This document shows positions 47,366 through 58,166 of a stretch of DNA of 64,000 nt, in pieces (positions within the stretch are counted from its first letter, which is position 1; each line of letters begins with the position of its first letter). Source of the stretch: a candidate division FCPU426 bacterium (GTDB lineage: Bacteria > Oederibacteriota > PGYV01 > Palsa-1178); assembly GCA_963840035.1 (NCBI GenBank), contig CAWIXE010000002.1:1344001-1408000 (forward strand), written 5' to 3'. A model generated the notes under the pieces. It made no database searches and was not told the origin of the DNA. It was given only the letters and a program-made list of their open reading frames with translations. Both the position numbers and the translations under genes were made by a program.

Positions 47366-49222
47366 TTATTTTGGTATTACCTTTAAAATTCTAGCCTTAA
47401 GTTCTAATGCCGGCCCATAATTCCCTTTTAAATAAAGGGCTTTATTACATTCTCCAAGCGCTTCCCGGAATGCCCCTTTCAGGAACAGCGCTTTTGAAAG
47501 GCTATACCGCGTTTCCATGGACGCGGGCTGCCATTTTACCCCTTCGGTTAATACCCTTATAGCTCCGTCTAAATCACCTTTTTCAGTATAAATAATCCCC
47601 AGGTTGTTGTAAGCCGGCCCATAATCCCTGAAAATGGATATAACAGACTCATAACACCGCGCCGCCGACCCCTTATCCCCCGAATTTAAGTACGCATTGC
47701 CCAGGTTGTATGCGGCTCCGCCAAAATATGGATATAATTCAATGGCCCTGCTAAAAGCCGCAACAGCTCCGGATGAGTCGCCCGACCTGTTTTTTATGAT
47801 TCCTTCATAAAAACATAACTGGTAATCCCTTTTTACAATTGCCCTGTTGCTTTCCATGTCGGGTTTTAGCGGCTTTGATGCTGCGTATGAATAGTACTTT
47901 ATCAGGTAATTCCTGGCAAAATACCCGCCCGTAAACATAAGGATACTGACGCTGACTGCCGCCAGTACAACTCCGGCCGCGGCCCTCAAAGGCCAATCCT
48001 GGTTAAAATCCCTCTCAGCATCAGAGGTCATTATCAACGCGCACAAAAAATAGAGCGCCGCTATAAAAGGTATTTCAAAAGGGAAATTAAATGCCGCAAA
48101 AACCGCCATACCTGCCGCGGCTGCCGCGGCCGTTATTGTTCCTGCTGTTTTTTTAGGGGACCTAAAAAATGAATAAAACGGGTAAAAAACAGCGGCGATA
48201 AAGAGCAACAGCCCTGCCCAACCGGTTTCCGCTAAAACCTGAAGATAGTCATTATGCGCGTATGCCTCATCATGCACCTTTACAAAATCCGGATAACCGC
48301 CTTTTTTTATTTCCATAGCCTGGTATCCCGGCGAGAGTATCAGATAATTGCCCGCCCCTACCCCGGTCCACGGATTTGACGCTGACATACCTATTGCGGA
48401 TGCCCATAACAACTTACGGTTCTGATATGATTCCGACTTACCCTGTCCCAGAAACACGAGCAACAGGACCGCCACAATAACAGCTGCCGGAAAGGCGAAT
48501 TTATTTGCCTTCTTTGCTGAGACAAAAACGTAAATAACAACCGCTTCAAATACTACCGCCATAATCCCGGAAAAAGAACGCGTCAGTAGCATAACCGCAA
48601 GCTGTGTTAAAAACAGCGCCGCGGTAACTCGCGACGCCTTACGGCTGAAAAAATACCACGCTGCGGGTATCGAAAAAACAAGGAACGCCGCCAACACATC
48701 CGGATTGCCCAGCAATGAAAACACCCTGAAACCAAAATTGTTTCCGTCCGAACCCGGGAGGCTGAACTTCAGGTAAAAAGAGGCCAGCTGCATGATGCCG
48801 TACAACGACAGTATAAACCCGGAAACGGTTAATCCTGCGAAAAATTTATCTTTATTCTTTGAAAATCCGTTCACCCCCGACAAAAACACAAATAATAGAA
48901 TTATAGCCCATTGCCAGATACGGGTAAAAAACAACTCCCTGTTGATGTTTTTTACCCCGAATCCGGACATAAAAAGGACGATAACAAACACCATCGGGAT
49001 AAGCATATACGGATTGAACCGGACACTTCCGCCAGAGTGTTTGGTAAAAACAAAAATAACAGCCATGATTGCGCAGGCTGCCGCGCCGAATATCCACGAA
49101 GAAGTATAAAGAGTATCAAAAAGGTAAGGTAATTTTAGGTAAAAAGAAAACGCGGCAAACGCCAGCGTTAAAATAACAGCGCATTTTTCAGGTACGCTTA
49201 TTATGGTTGTTCTGTTCATCAC
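47366..49222 (-). CDS. O-antigen ligase family protein with C-terminal TPRs
   Basis: [37 protein letters not shown]; TPRs (AYNLG, AYNNLG). Confidence 0.87.
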   Translation of the reverse strand: MMNRTTIISVPEKCAVILTLAFAAFSFYLKLPYLFDTLYTSSWIFGAAACAIMAVIFVFTKHSGGSVRFNPYMLIPMVFVIVLFMSGFGVKNINRELFFTRIWQWAIILLFVFLSGVNGFSKNKDKFFAGLTVSGFILSLYGIMQLASFYLKFSLPGSDGNNFGFRVFSLLGNPDVLAAFLVFSIPAAWYFFSRKASRVTAALFLTQLAVMLLTRSFSGIMAVVFEAVVIYVFVSAKKANKFAFPAAVIVAVLLLVFLGQGKSESYQNRKLLWASAIGMSASNPWTGVGAGNYLILSPGYQAMEIKKGGYPDFVKVHDEAYAHNDYLQVLAETGWAGLLLFIAAVFYPFYSFFRSPKKTAGTITAAAAAAGMAVFAAFNFPFEIPFIAALYFLCALIMTSDAERDFNQDWPLRAAAGVVLAAVSVSILMFTGGYFARNYLIKYYSYAASKPLKPDMESNRAIVKRDYQLCFYEGIIKNRSGDSSGAVAAFSRAIELYPYFGGAAYNLGNAYLNSGDKGSAARCYESVISIFRDYGPAYNNLGIIYTEKGDLDGAIRVLTEGVKWQPASMETRYSLSKALFLKGAFREALGECNKALYLKGNYGPALELKARILKVIPK

Positions 49223-49686
49223 TTAGGCTGGTTTTTATCGGTTAAAAACTTCTGTAATTCTTTTGTAAAGGCATTGATGTCTTTGAACTGTCTGTACACG
49301 GAAGCAAACCTGACATAGGCCACCTCATCGAGCTTTGCAAGTTTTTCCATGAGCATTTCGCCTATGATCGTTGACGCCACTTCCTTTTCCATCCTGCTGT
49401 AAAGCTGTTTTTCTATGTCGTCCACGACTTCATATAAGTTTTCAACGGATATAGGGCGTTTTTCACAGGCCTTTGTCAGGCCCGAGAGTATTTTATTCTT
49501 GTCAAATGATTCCCTGCGCCCGTCTTTTTTGATGACCATGGGAAGCGCGTGCTCCACCTGCTCATAAGTGGTAAACCTCTTGGCGCATTTCAGACACTCG
49601 CGCCTCCTCCTTATGGCCTCTCCGTCACGGCTCTCGCGCGAGTCCACGACCTTGTCTTTTTTATGTCCGCAGTATGGGCATTTCAT
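49219..49686 (-). CDS. nrdR: Transcriptional repressor NrdR
   Basis: [34 protein letters not shown]. Confidence 0.98.
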   Translation of the reverse strand: MKCPYCGHKKDKVVDSRESRDGEAIRRRRECLKCAKRFTTYEQVEHALPMVIKKDGRRESFDKNKILSGLTKACEKRPISVENLYEVVDDIEKQLYSRMEKEVASTIIGEMLMEKLAKLDEVAYVRFASVYRQFKDINAFTKELQKFLTDKNQPK

Positions 49687-51965
49687 CTTCCGGCCTTCTT
49701 TCTTGCCTGCTCTAAGGCAGCCGTAACCCGCGTGTCGGCAGGATTTATATTGGCGGCGGTTTCATATGTGGCGACAGCATCGCTGAATTTCCCCATTAAT
49801 TCGTAAAGTTTTCCCATGTTTAAATACCCTTCAATATAATCCGGTTTTACAGCCACGACTTTCCGGAACATTTCCATGGCCTGTTGGAATTTTTTCTGAT
49901 TAAAATAAATTATGGCAAGGTTGCTGTACGTGGAAAGCTCCGTGGCCGTATCCCTGAACCACTGCTTGTTATCCGCCGCCTGCACATAGTATTCCTGCGC
50001 TTGCGCGGCGAATTCCTTGCCGCGCAGCATTTTCATGTACCCCATATATGAATACGGCACGGCAAAATTCGGGTACTTTACAAGGTATCCTTTGCATATT
50101 TCCTCAGCTTTATCAAACTGCTGAAGCGCGATGTATACGGAAGCAAGGTCCAGGCCGAAATAAGCGTTATTCGGATCCCTTTTTATGGCTTCATTGTAGT
50201 ATTTTACAGCGTCCTGAAATTTCGAAGGGTCAAGGCTTTCCCCGTAATTCCTGTATACCCGGGCAAGGTTGTTAAAGTTATATCCGTTCATCGGATTCAT
50301 GAATATGGTCCTCTCATGAATTTTCATGGCGGAGTTTATATATTCCATCTTCTTCTGGGGATTCTGTTCTCCCCTGAGCATTTTCTCATACGCTATCCCG
50401 TATTTTACCCAGTAAATTTCGCAGTTGGGGTTTAATTCCACGGCCCTCTGATAATAAGGCACGGAAAGGTCGTTTTTTTCCGATGATGTCGCGATATTCC
50501 CGATCTTAAAATACATGTCCGCCGACCATTCCCTTGCCAGCATCCCGAAAAGAATAAGGAACACAGCTATTATCACTGAATATGTGAGGCCCCTGTATTG
50601 CCTGATCACGCCCGTTACGGCTGGCGGCAGTTCCAGATTCATTATTTTTTTTGAATTAATGTCAAGCGACGCCACCATGCCGAGCGCCATCCAGAAAACA
50701 ACGCCGTACGCCGCCACAGTATAATTAAAAAGCCCCTGCACCGCGTATGCGATAACAGCCATAAAGACCCCAAAAACGAGATATCTGGTTGTTATATCCC
50801 TGTCCTTAAATATCATGTTGTAGCATTTTTTTATAAAAGCCGTAAAAATCAGGAGGTAAAAACCCATACCTACCAGCCCCTGCGTGGCAAGTACCTGCAG
50901 GAAAATATTATGAGTCTTCTCAGGCGTGCCATTCCACTCCAGCTGCCAGTAAATGGGGAAACGGTAATATGGGAACATGACCTGAAAAGTGTCAAGCCCG
51001 GTTCCGAAAACAGGGTAATCCCTGAACATCATAAGGGCTGATTCCCATATATAAATCCTTGGCGTAAGAGTTATCCCATGAAATGTAAAAAGCCCCTTTG
51101 ACCGTTCCCAAATGGTAAAAATGCCTTCCTGTACCTTCGGTATAAAAAGTGTCCCTAAAATCAGAAAACCGAACATTATAAACCATGTTTTATTCTTGGA
51201 GAACAGGACATTGCCCTGCTTACGGCTGTCGATGATGGCGTAAACGGCTAGAAGGACTACAGTGGAAAGGAAACTGATAAAACCGGCCCTTGATTTTGTA
51301 AGAAATAGTACAGTAACAGCCATTAAAAGCACTGTTAATATGGCGACTTTTTTTAATTTTTTATGGGTCATAAAGAACATGATGGCTATTATGGGAATTG
51401 TCTCAACCAGATATGCCGCGAGGAAGTTCGGATTGCCAAGTGTTGAAAAGAACCTCTCCGGGCTGTATGTCTCCGGGTTCCACATGACAAAATCCCACCC
51501 GAAATTCTGGGCAAGGCCGTAACCCGCAATGAGAAGAGTTGCCAGCAGCATGACAGTCATGACTTTATAGACACCCGCGGCGCTCTTTATATAATTGACC
51601 GTGAGATAGAACAGGCCTATGTAGAAAATCATGGTTATGATGCCTTCAAAATCCTCGTACACCCCGAAAACCGAAAGAAAATGGTTCCTGGTGACAAGCG
51701 TCGTGATAAAACAGGCGGCCAGGTAGCCCAGCACAGGAAAATCAAAATCAGTACGGGCGAGCGTTATTTTTTTCTGCGTGGCCAGCAGCATCACCATAAG
51801 CGCGGCCGCCAGAAGGACAAAAAATTTGAAGACAAATATCTTGTTTATCTCAAAGACATCGTTGGTCCTTGTATAAAAAATAACCGGGACAATGAAAGCC
51901 ACGGCTAAGATCGAAAGCTCTATGGTCTTCTCAGCGTATTTCTTAAAGTTCATGTTCCTCCGCAT
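49683..51965 (-). CDS. O-antigen ligase family protein with C-terminal TPRs
   Basis: [37 protein letters not shown]; multiple TPRs. Confidence 0.88.
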   Translation of the reverse strand: MRRNMNFKKYAEKTIELSILAVAFIVPVIFYTRTNDVFEINKIFVFKFFVLLAAALMVMLLATQKKITLARTDFDFPVLGYLAACFITTLVTRNHFLSVFGVYEDFEGIITMIFYIGLFYLTVNYIKSAAGVYKVMTVMLLATLLIAGYGLAQNFGWDFVMWNPETYSPERFFSTLGNPNFLAAYLVETIPIIAIMFFMTHKKLKKVAILTVLLMAVTVLFLTKSRAGFISFLSTVVLLAVYAIIDSRKQGNVLFSKNKTWFIMFGFLILGTLFIPKVQEGIFTIWERSKGLFTFHGITLTPRIYIWESALMMFRDYPVFGTGLDTFQVMFPYYRFPIYWQLEWNGTPEKTHNIFLQVLATQGLVGMGFYLLIFTAFIKKCYNMIFKDRDITTRYLVFGVFMAVIAYAVQGLFNYTVAAYGVVFWMALGMVASLDINSKKIMNLELPPAVTGVIRQYRGLTYSVIIAVFLILFGMLAREWSADMYFKIGNIATSSEKNDLSVPYYQRAVELNPNCEIYWVKYGIAYEKMLRGEQNPQKKMEYINSAMKIHERTIFMNPMNGYNFNNLARVYRNYGESLDPSKFQDAVKYYNEAIKRDPNNAYFGLDLASVYIALQQFDKAEEICKGYLVKYPNFAVPYSYMGYMKMLRGKEFAAQAQEYYVQAADNKQWFRDTATELSTYSNLAIIYFNQKKFQQAMEMFRKVVAVKPDYIEGYLNMGKLYELMGKFSDAVATYETAANINPADTRVTAALEQARKKAGR

Positions 51966-51970
51966 GGTTT

Positions 51971-52393
51971 TTAGTACATGGTATAATTAATGCCTTTAAT
52001 ATCCTTTTCAATGCTGTTAATATAAACATCGCCGTTATTGGTATTATAATACCAACCCCGTCCGTAATCGGACGGAATGTTGTTGCCGTATGTCAATGTG
52101 TTTCCTGAAGGGTCGTGTAGCGCCGGATAATGCGACTTTACCGCCGGCATGACATCCCCCATCATATGCTTAAAAAGAGGGTTCTCAATGTCAAGCGTCT
52201 TCGGCATTATCGCGTAACTGCTGTAATAAATGGTGACAGCCGACCTGATGGCCGCAAGGTTTCCAAGCGACGTTCCGAGGTTTGCCTTTTCAATGGCCTC
52301 ACCGAACTTTGGCACAGCCACAGCCGCAAGTATCCCTATAATCCCGACGACTATCATCAGCTCGATTAATGTAAACCCGCTATTTTTTTTCAA
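51971..52393 (-). CDS. Type IV prepilin-like protein
   Basis: G|FTLIELMIVVGIIGILAAVAVPKF. Start TTG 52393 (or GTG 52396) after GAGGG is more likely than the track start 52441. Confidence 0.88.
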   Translation of the reverse strand: MKKNSGFTLIELMIVVGIIGILAAVAVPKFGEAIEKANLGTSLGNLAAIRSAVTIYYSSYAIMPKTLDIENPLFKHMMGDVMPAVKSHYPALHDPSGNTLTYGNNIPSDYGRGWYYNTNNGDVYINSIEKDIKGINYTMY

Positions 52394-52400
52394 CACACCC

Positions 52401-53000
52401 TCAAATAATGAACTTATCAGTGGTCTTTTTAAGTTTTCCAACTATATCCGAAAGCTCATCTATAGCGTCCTTGACATCCTTTTTAAGGGATTTTTCCCTG
52501 CCCATGTCGGCTTTTAGTTTATCAGCGAGCTCTACCAGCCTATTTGTAATAACTTTGTCCTCCCGGACAATAGACTTTATCCCGTCAATCATGGTATTTA
52601 AAGAGTTTGCAAGATCGTGCAGCTCATCACCTTTCCTGAATTTTACCTTTATATCAAGATTCCCGCGCGAGAGCTCTTCTGCAACCCTTTCCACCCGAAA
52701 AATCGGGCCCGCCACTTTGTGTGATAGCAGTATGCCCGCGATAGAAAATACTATTGCAAGCAGTCCGACCGGAATTACGAGCATCTCTGTTGTCCTGATG
52801 AGGATATCTGTCATTTTTTTTGCGGCTTCAGGGACAAAGAAAAACGCGTCAAGGACATTGTTCCAGATAACGTAGAAAGTAGTAAAGCTTACGCAGAACA
52901 CCGTTACAAGCATGGAAAAAAGGATAATAAAAAGATATTTATACTGAAACTTCCTGTTTACGATATATATTTTTCTTTTGTGATCATGCTGTTGTGCCAC
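52401..53000 (-). CDS. Two-TM HAMP domain membrane protein
   Basis: FQYKY, SHKVAGPIFR, GNL..KFRKGDEL..LA.SLN HAMP motif. Confidence 0.8.
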   Translation of the reverse strand: MAQQHDHKRKIYIVNRKFQYKYLFIILFSMLVTVFCVSFTTFYVIWNNVLDAFFFVPEAAKKMTDILIRTTEMLVIPVGLLAIVFSIAGILLSHKVAGPIFRVERVAEELSRGNLDIKVKFRKGDELHDLANSLNTMIDGIKSIVREDKVITNRLVELADKLKADMGREKSLKKDVKDAIDELSDIVGKLKKTTDKFII

Positions 53001-53020
53001 GTTTCTACCCCCTGTTTTTA

Positions 53021-53458
53021 TTAGTAAGACGTGTACGGCTGGCCTTTTATGTCGTTAGCCGTTGAGTTAATATATACCGAACCGTTTACCTTGTTATAAA
53101 ACCATCCGGTATTCGGGCCCGTCGGTATGTCAGTATCCACCACACCCACCGTCACCATATTTCCTGCAGGCGGGTTTGCCTTGGGTTCTTTTACTTTCAC
53201 AGCGGGCATTTCTCCGTTTATTACCTTGTCCATCAACGGCTGCACCCTTGGATCGATGGTCCCCGGCAGCGCCATGTAATTGGCATTATAAATCGAAACA
53301 CAGGACCTCAGCGAAGCCAGATTGCCGATGGTCGCTCCCAAATTCGCTTTTTCAAGAAGATCACCATACTTTGGTATTGCCACAGCAGCCAGCAAACCGA
53401 TAATGGCAACTACAATCATAAGTTCAATAAGCGTCATACCATTCTTTCCCTTAAACAT
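53021..53458 (-). CDS. Type IV prepilin-like protein
   Basis: G|MTLIELMIVVAIIGLLAAVAIPKY. Confidence 0.9.
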   Translation of the reverse strand: MFKGKNGMTLIELMIVVAIIGLLAAVAIPKYGDLLEKANLGATIGNLASLRSCVSIYNANYMALPGTIDPRVQPLMDKVINGEMPAVKVKEPKANPPAGNMVTVGVVDTDIPTGPNTGWFYNKVNGSVYINSTANDIKGQPYTSY

Positions 53459-53483
53459 CTTGTGCCCCCTTTCCGCCCCGGTG

Positions 53484-54731
53484 TTACCTGTAGTAAACCG
53501 GAAATTTTTTACAGAGATTGAGAACTTCCTTATTTACCCCTTTTATTTTGCTTTCATCATTTATATTCTTTAATACGGTATCAATCCAGCCCGCGATGAG
53601 CGTGATTTCTTTTTCTTTCATGCCGCGTGTTGTTATTGCCGGCGTCCCTATCCTGATACCGCTGGTAATGAACGGGTTTTGCGTGTCAAAAGGCACTCCG
53701 TTCTTATTGAGTGTGATTCCTGCTTTTTCCAGCGCGAGCGCGGCTTCCTTGCCGGTTAAATTGTTCGGCCTTAAATCCACAAGTATCAAATGGCAGTCCG
53801 TGCCTCCCGTTAATACTTTGTATCCTTTCTTTAGGAGTTCAGCCGCCAGTACCTGCGCGTTTTTTATGACCTGCTCCTGGTATGTTTTAAATGAAGGTTT
53901 CAGCGCCTCTCCGAAACATATAGCCTTTGCCGCGATGACATGCATGAGCGGCCCGCCCTGAAGCCCCGGGAACACCGCTGAATTAATCGCCTTGGCGTAT
54001 TTTTCCTTGCAGAGGATAAGTCCTCCGCGCGGCCCCCTTAAGGTCTTATGGGTTGTCGTCGTTACAAAGTCGCAGTGAGGAACCGGGTCCGGAAAAAGCT
54101 TTGCCGCCACAAGACCCGCGTAATGCGCCATGTCAGCCAAAAGCAGCGCTCCAACCGAGTCCGCGATCTCCCTGAATTTTTTGAAATCGATCTGCCTGGG
54201 ATACGCGCTTGCGCCGGCGACTATTATCTTCGGCTTTACCTCATTGGCAGCCTTTGAAATCTCGTCATAATCAAGCAGGTATGTGTCTTTATTAACAGCG
54301 TAAGAATAAGGCGTATAGTATTTGCCGGATGATGAGGCTGCCGCGCCGTGCGTTAAGTGTCCGCCAGCCGCGAGGTTCATGCCAAGTATCGCGTCTCCGG
54401 GCTTCAACATGGCCAGGTAAACCGCCTGGTTAGTCTGCGAGCCTGAGTGCGGCTGTACATTCGCGTGTTCGGCCCCAAAAAGCTGCTTTGCCCTGTCAAT
54501 TGCAAGCTGTTCCACTTCATCGGAAAAACCAACTCCCTGATAAAAACGTTTCTCAGGATAGCCTTCCGCGTATTTGTTAGTAAAAACCGACCCCTGTGCC
54601 TGCAGTATGGCTTCATCCGCGTAGTTTTCCGAGGCTATCATAAGCAGCGTTTCTTTATTGCGCTTTACTTCCTTTTTAATAATGTCAGCTACCTGTTTGT
54701 CAACCTTCTCAATATAGCTCGTAAAGTCCAT
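53484..54731 (-). CDS. glyA: Serine hydroxymethyltransferase
   Basis: [41 protein letters not shown]. Confidence 0.98.
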   Translation of the reverse strand: MDFTSYIEKVDKQVADIIKKEVKRNKETLLMIASENYADEAILQAQGSVFTNKYAEGYPEKRFYQGVGFSDEVEQLAIDRAKQLFGAEHANVQPHSGSQTNQAVYLAMLKPGDAILGMNLAAGGHLTHGAAASSSGKYYTPYSYAVNKDTYLLDYDEISKAANEVKPKIIVAGASAYPRQIDFKKFREIADSVGALLLADMAHYAGLVAAKLFPDPVPHCDFVTTTTHKTLRGPRGGLILCKEKYAKAINSAVFPGLQGGPLMHVIAAKAICFGEALKPSFKTYQEQVIKNAQVLAAELLKKGYKVLTGGTDCHLILVDLRPNNLTGKEAALALEKAGITLNKNGVPFDTQNPFITSGIRIGTPAITTRGMKEKEITLIAGWIDTVLKNINDESKIKGVNKEVLNLCKKFPVYYR

Positions 54732-54817
54732 AAAAACCTCCAGTAATATTAGATATTCGATATCCGATATTTGATATATGACCCGTGCAGCTTATATCTA
54801 ATATCGGATATCGAATA

Positions 54818-55261
54818 TCAAAGTTTATTTTCCAACGCCTTTATCTGGTTGAGCCTCTTATCATGCCTCTCTCCGTCATACTCAGTGCTCAGCCATATCT
54901 TAAGTATCTCGTCGGCCAGTGTCTTTCCGATGAGCCTGCCCGGCATAACAAGCACATTTGAGTTGTTATGTTTTCTTGCCATAGCTGCCGAAAAAGTATT
55001 ATCAACAAGCGCAGCGTAAATGCCTTTGACCTTGTTCGCCGCAATTGACATGCCTATTCCGGTGCCGCAAATAAGCACACCCCTGTCAAACCCGCCGGTC
55101 TTTATGGCGTCGCATACTTTTTCGGTATATTCGGGGTAATCAACCCGGTCTTCGTTGTAAGGGCCGAAATCTTTATAATCCACCTTAAGAACAGACAGTT
55201 GTTTTTTTATCTCTTCCTTTAGTTCCCAGCCGGCGTGGTCGCTGGCCAATGCTATTTTCAT
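54818..55261 (-). CDS. rpiB: Ribose 5-phosphate isomerase B
   Basis: SDHAG, DYP, CGTGIGMSIAANK, HNNSN, RH. Confidence 0.96.
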   Translation of the reverse strand: MKIALASDHAGWELKEEIKKQLSVLKVDYKDFGPYNEDRVDYPEYTEKVCDAIKTGGFDRGVLICGTGIGMSIAANKVKGIYAALVDNTFSAAMARKHNNSNVLVMPGRLIGKTLADEILKIWLSTEYDGERHDKRLNQIKALENKL

Positions 55262-55893
55262 TTTTTTATCTCCTCTTTTGCGTTTAAAGTGGTTGCCGCG
55301 CTGTCAGCAGGCTCATTAACAGCAAAAACATGCTCCGAATTAAATTTTGCCGCGGCTGACGGGGCAAATATCATATCCCATAGCCACGACACGGAAAACA
55401 TTCCAAGACCCGTATAAAACACTACCTGTGACACCATATTGCTCTGGTCATCAACCGGCGTTATAATTTCATTTAAACTTATGCCCATAATAATAAGCGA
55501 AACTATCTCGGCGCTCATGAGCGAAAAACCCATGTTCTGGTCCTTGCCGTAGAAATGCCCTGAGCCGTGCATAATAAACCCGGGGAACACGGCTTTTTGA
55601 AAAGCTTCACTTTCGCTCAACGGCGATATATAGCTTGTGATTTCCACATCATCATTGTTCATATATGTTTCTTCCAGCCAGCTTGACGCTGTGGTGGTGT
55701 GCTTTACCAGCCTTACCTCGTTCCATGGTATTGATATTGTCTTATTATTCGCGAGCTTTACCATGAGGTAATAGCTGTCAAAACCGGTAACGTCAGCTTC
55801 AAACTTCTGCTCGTCCTTTAAAACAATATAGTCCCCGGATACCGGCGAAAACAGGAGTACCGCGGAAAAAAACAACAACATCAATTTTTTCAT
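55258..55893 (-). CDS. Hypothetical exported/membrane protein
   Basis: Signal peptide, small beta domain, PG..HGSGHFY followed by two TM segments; operonic overlap with rpiB. Confidence 0.6.
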   Translation of the reverse strand: MKKLMLLFFSAVLLFSPVSGDYIVLKDEQKFEADVTGFDSYYLMVKLANNKTISIPWNEVRLVKHTTTASSWLEETYMNNDDVEITSYISPLSESEAFQKAVFPGFIMHGSGHFYGKDQNMGFSLMSAEIVSLIIMGISLNEIITPVDDQSNMVSQVVFYTGLGMFSVSWLWDMIFAPSAAAKFNSEHVFAVNEPADSAATTLNAKEEIKK

Positions 55894-55903
55894 CAGGCCT
55901 CCA

Positions 55904-56338
55904 TTATTTTAATACCACATCCAGCTTATCAATCCCTTTTTCAATGATTACCGACGCTTCACTCCCGGTATCAGGCCCGGCTGAAAATTCGCCGTCTCCC
56001 GCTCCGAAGAATGACTTAAAAGTATAAACAACAGGCGCCCTGTCCGGAAATTTTATCAGGATAGCCGCCTTTATTTTATCGCTCATTGTAAGTATTATAT
56101 CCGCTTCTTTGACTGCCTGTTTGCTTAAGGCTTTAGACTTGAATTCCCCGGAAATCCCCAGGTTCTCAAGCTGTTCTACAGCCGCCGGTTCAGCCGGTAT
56201 GTCCGGAAACGCCATTATACCGCCGGATGACACCTCAAACCCGCTTTTTCCCTTTAAAGAAATGGCTTTTTTTAGATATTCAGCCACTATAATACTTCTG
56301 TAGGTGTTTTTACTGCCTACGACAAGTATCTTTTTCAT
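55904..56338 (-). CDS. Low-molecular-weight protein phosphatase-like protein (YwlE-like) lacking the catalytic Cys
   Basis: KKILVVGSKNTYRSIIVAE in place of VCTGNTCRS; SSGG, ADIILTM; sits upstream of rpiB-glyA like ywlE. Confidence 0.75.
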   Translation of the reverse strand: MKKILVVGSKNTYRSIIVAEYLKKAISLKGKSGFEVSSGGIMAFPDIPAEPAAVEQLENLGISGEFKSKALSKQAVKEADIILTMSDKIKAAILIKFPDRAPVVYTFKSFFGAGDGEFSAGPDTGSEASVIIEKGIDKLDVVLK

Positions 56339-56344
56339 TTGATA

Positions 56345-56373
56345 ATTATATAGCATACAATATAAAAGGTCAA
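56345..56373 (-). promoter_or_regulatory. sigma70 promoter giving a leaderless transcript
   Basis: TTGACC-17 nt-TATAAT, then 6 nt and the ATG at 56338. Confidence 0.72.
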
Positions 56374-56380
56374 TAAGGCA

Positions 56381-56471
56381 AATTTTCAATTTTCAATTTT
56401 GAATTTTCAATTAAAAAAGACGCGATTTTTATGGCTTTTAATTGAAAATTCAAAATTGAAAATATAAAATT
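56381..56471. repeat. Inverted arrays of AATTTTC-type heptamers forming a long hairpin
   Basis: AATTTTC AATTTTC AATTTTG AATTTTC AATT ... AATTGAA AATTCAA AATTGAA AATATAA AATT. Confidence 0.8.
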
Positions 56472-56479
56472 CGTTTTTC

Positions 56480-56752
56480 CTACTTATTCTGGGCTATTAT
56501 ATAGAGTTTCATGGCTGATTTTTCTTCGCCTTCGAGGGTCAGATGCGTAAATTCCGGCCTGCATAAGATTTCTTTGCCTTCAGGCCCTATATAACCCCTT
56601 GCAATTGCAATAGCCTTCATAGCCTGGTTCACAGCCTGCGGCCCCATGACAGTTATAACCACTGCCTTTTCTTCCCTTATGTTGTTGACTATTGATCCGG
56701 CCACTGATTTCGGGTTTGACCCTGCCGCCACTTTTAAGCTCACTTCATCCAT
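56480..56752 (-). CDS. spoVS: Stage V sporulation protein S family protein
   Basis: LKVAAGSNPKSVAGSI, GPQAVNQAMKAIAIARGY, C.PEF. Confidence 0.92.
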   Translation of the reverse strand: MDEVSLKVAAGSNPKSVAGSIVNNIREEKAVVITVMGPQAVNQAMKAIAIARGYIGPEGKEILCRPEFTHLTLEGEEKSAMKLYIIAQNK

Positions 56753-56843
56753 TTTTACCTCCTAATATAGTCCCGATTTTTCGATTAAACACTGACTATG
56801 ATATAATGTGCCACCGCACTCATACATTTGTAATTGGTAATTA

Positions 56844-57683
56844 TTAATTGCTTTTCTTCATCTTTGTCGATATTTTGTAGATGTCGTTTTTCGGCATTTT
56901 AAGCATGTTTGAGACTTCCTTTACCGCCTGGCTTGCCGGCATTCCTCCGGCAATGTATTCCTTGAGCATTTTCTCAATTTCAACCTCATCAACAGCGGGA
57001 TTTTCCTCAGCAACGGCAGAGATAACAATGACAAACTCGCCTTTTTGCATATCCTCGGTTATCATTGCGGCCACATCCAGCGGCTTTCCCCTGAGCACTT
57101 TTTCGTATATCTTTGAAATTTCCTTAACAACAGCCACTTCAGCCGTAGGTATTTCAGCGGCGATATCCTTTAGCGTATCTATGACCCTGTTCGGGGATTC
57201 AAATAATACCGTGACATACCCGGATTTTTTAATGTGCTTAAGCTCTTCCTTTTTGGCTTTCTCTGTTTTTTCAAGGAAGCCGTAAAAAGCGAACCTTCCC
57301 GGGTCGAATCCGGAGAGCACTACGGCCGGAAGTATTGACGAAGCTCCGGGAAGCGCTTCCACCCTGATGCCTTCCTGGGCGCACGCTTTTACAATATTAA
57401 AGCCCGGGTCAGAAAGAAGCGGGGTTCCCGCGTCGGATACCAGGGAAATCCTGGCTCCGGTTTTGAGCATGTCAACAATGGAAAGCTCGCGTTCTTTTTC
57501 GTTAAATTTATGGTATGAGATCATTTTTGACGTTATGGAATAGTGATTGAGAAGTTTTTGGGTGACGCGGGTGTCTTCTGCGATTATATAGTCGCTTTCG
57601 CGGAGTGTGTCAACGGCCCTGAAAGTAATGTCTTTCAGATTTCCTATGGGAGTTGGAACAATGAAGAGCGTGCCTGTCGCCAT
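56844..57683 (-). CDS. rsmI: 16S rRNA (cytidine1402-2'-O)-methyltransferase
   Basis: TPIGNLKDIT.RA, AEDTR, VSDAGTP.LSDPG, FESPNR, KEISKIYE, KGEF. Confidence 0.96.
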   Translation of the reverse strand: MATGTLFIVPTPIGNLKDITFRAVDTLRESDYIIAEDTRVTQKLLNHYSITSKMISYHKFNEKERELSIVDMLKTGARISLVSDAGTPLLSDPGFNIVKACAQEGIRVEALPGASSILPAVVLSGFDPGRFAFYGFLEKTEKAKKEELKHIKKSGYVTVLFESPNRVIDTLKDIAAEIPTAEVAVVKEISKIYEKVLRGKPLDVAAMITEDMQKGEFVIVISAVAEENPAVDEVEIEKMLKEYIAGGMPASQAVKEVSNMLKMPKNDIYKISTKMKKSN

Positions 57684-57716
57684 GTGCGTCGGTGTCCCCT
57701 GTTTGTTGTGCGGGTT

Positions 57717-58166
57717 TTATTGCCCGAAAATCTTCCTTATTTCCTTTATTTTCTCGGATATCTCGTGGTTTTCCTGGTTTAAAACCGCTGTTTCAGCCTG
57801 TATGTTTTCAACTTCCTTCTGCTTGTAATTTGATATTACAGTTAGCTTCTGGCTCTCGCCTTTATGTCCTGTCTCATAATGGCCCATGGTAAAGAGAACG
57901 AGGATGATGGCCCCTGTTTCGAGCAGTATCTGGTGCGTCTGGTTTATAATCCCGAAAGTACTCATCACAAGCACGACAATCACCGCTATCATGACAATGA
58001 TTATGATATCCTTTACCTGCATGTATACGGATAGAAGCACCGTGGCTAAAACCAGCAGTTGAAATGGGGCGTGTAAAAACTCAGTTTCCGGAAGCAGCCC
58101 GGAGAGCACAATGCCCGCAATCAGAAGAAGGATTCCCGAGAACATTACCATTTTTTTATTAAGCAT
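57717..58166 (-). CDS. Hypothetical membrane protein (about 4 TM plus coiled coil)
   Basis: Hydrophobic helices followed by a heptad-rich tail; overlaps the upstream gene stop. Confidence 0.6.
   Translation of the reverse strand: MLNKKMVMFSGILLLIAGIVLSGLLPETEFLHAPFQLLVLATVLLSVYMQVKDIIIIVMIAVIVVLVMSTFGIINQTHQILLETGAIILVLFTMGHYETGHKGESQKLTVISNYKQKEVENIQAETAVLNQENHEISEKIKEIRKIFGQ

Noticed and set aside
44180..56752. Sporulation locus (GerMN, amidase, SpoVS)
   Set aside because: These families are widespread in non-sporulating bacteria and no core sporulation genes are present.
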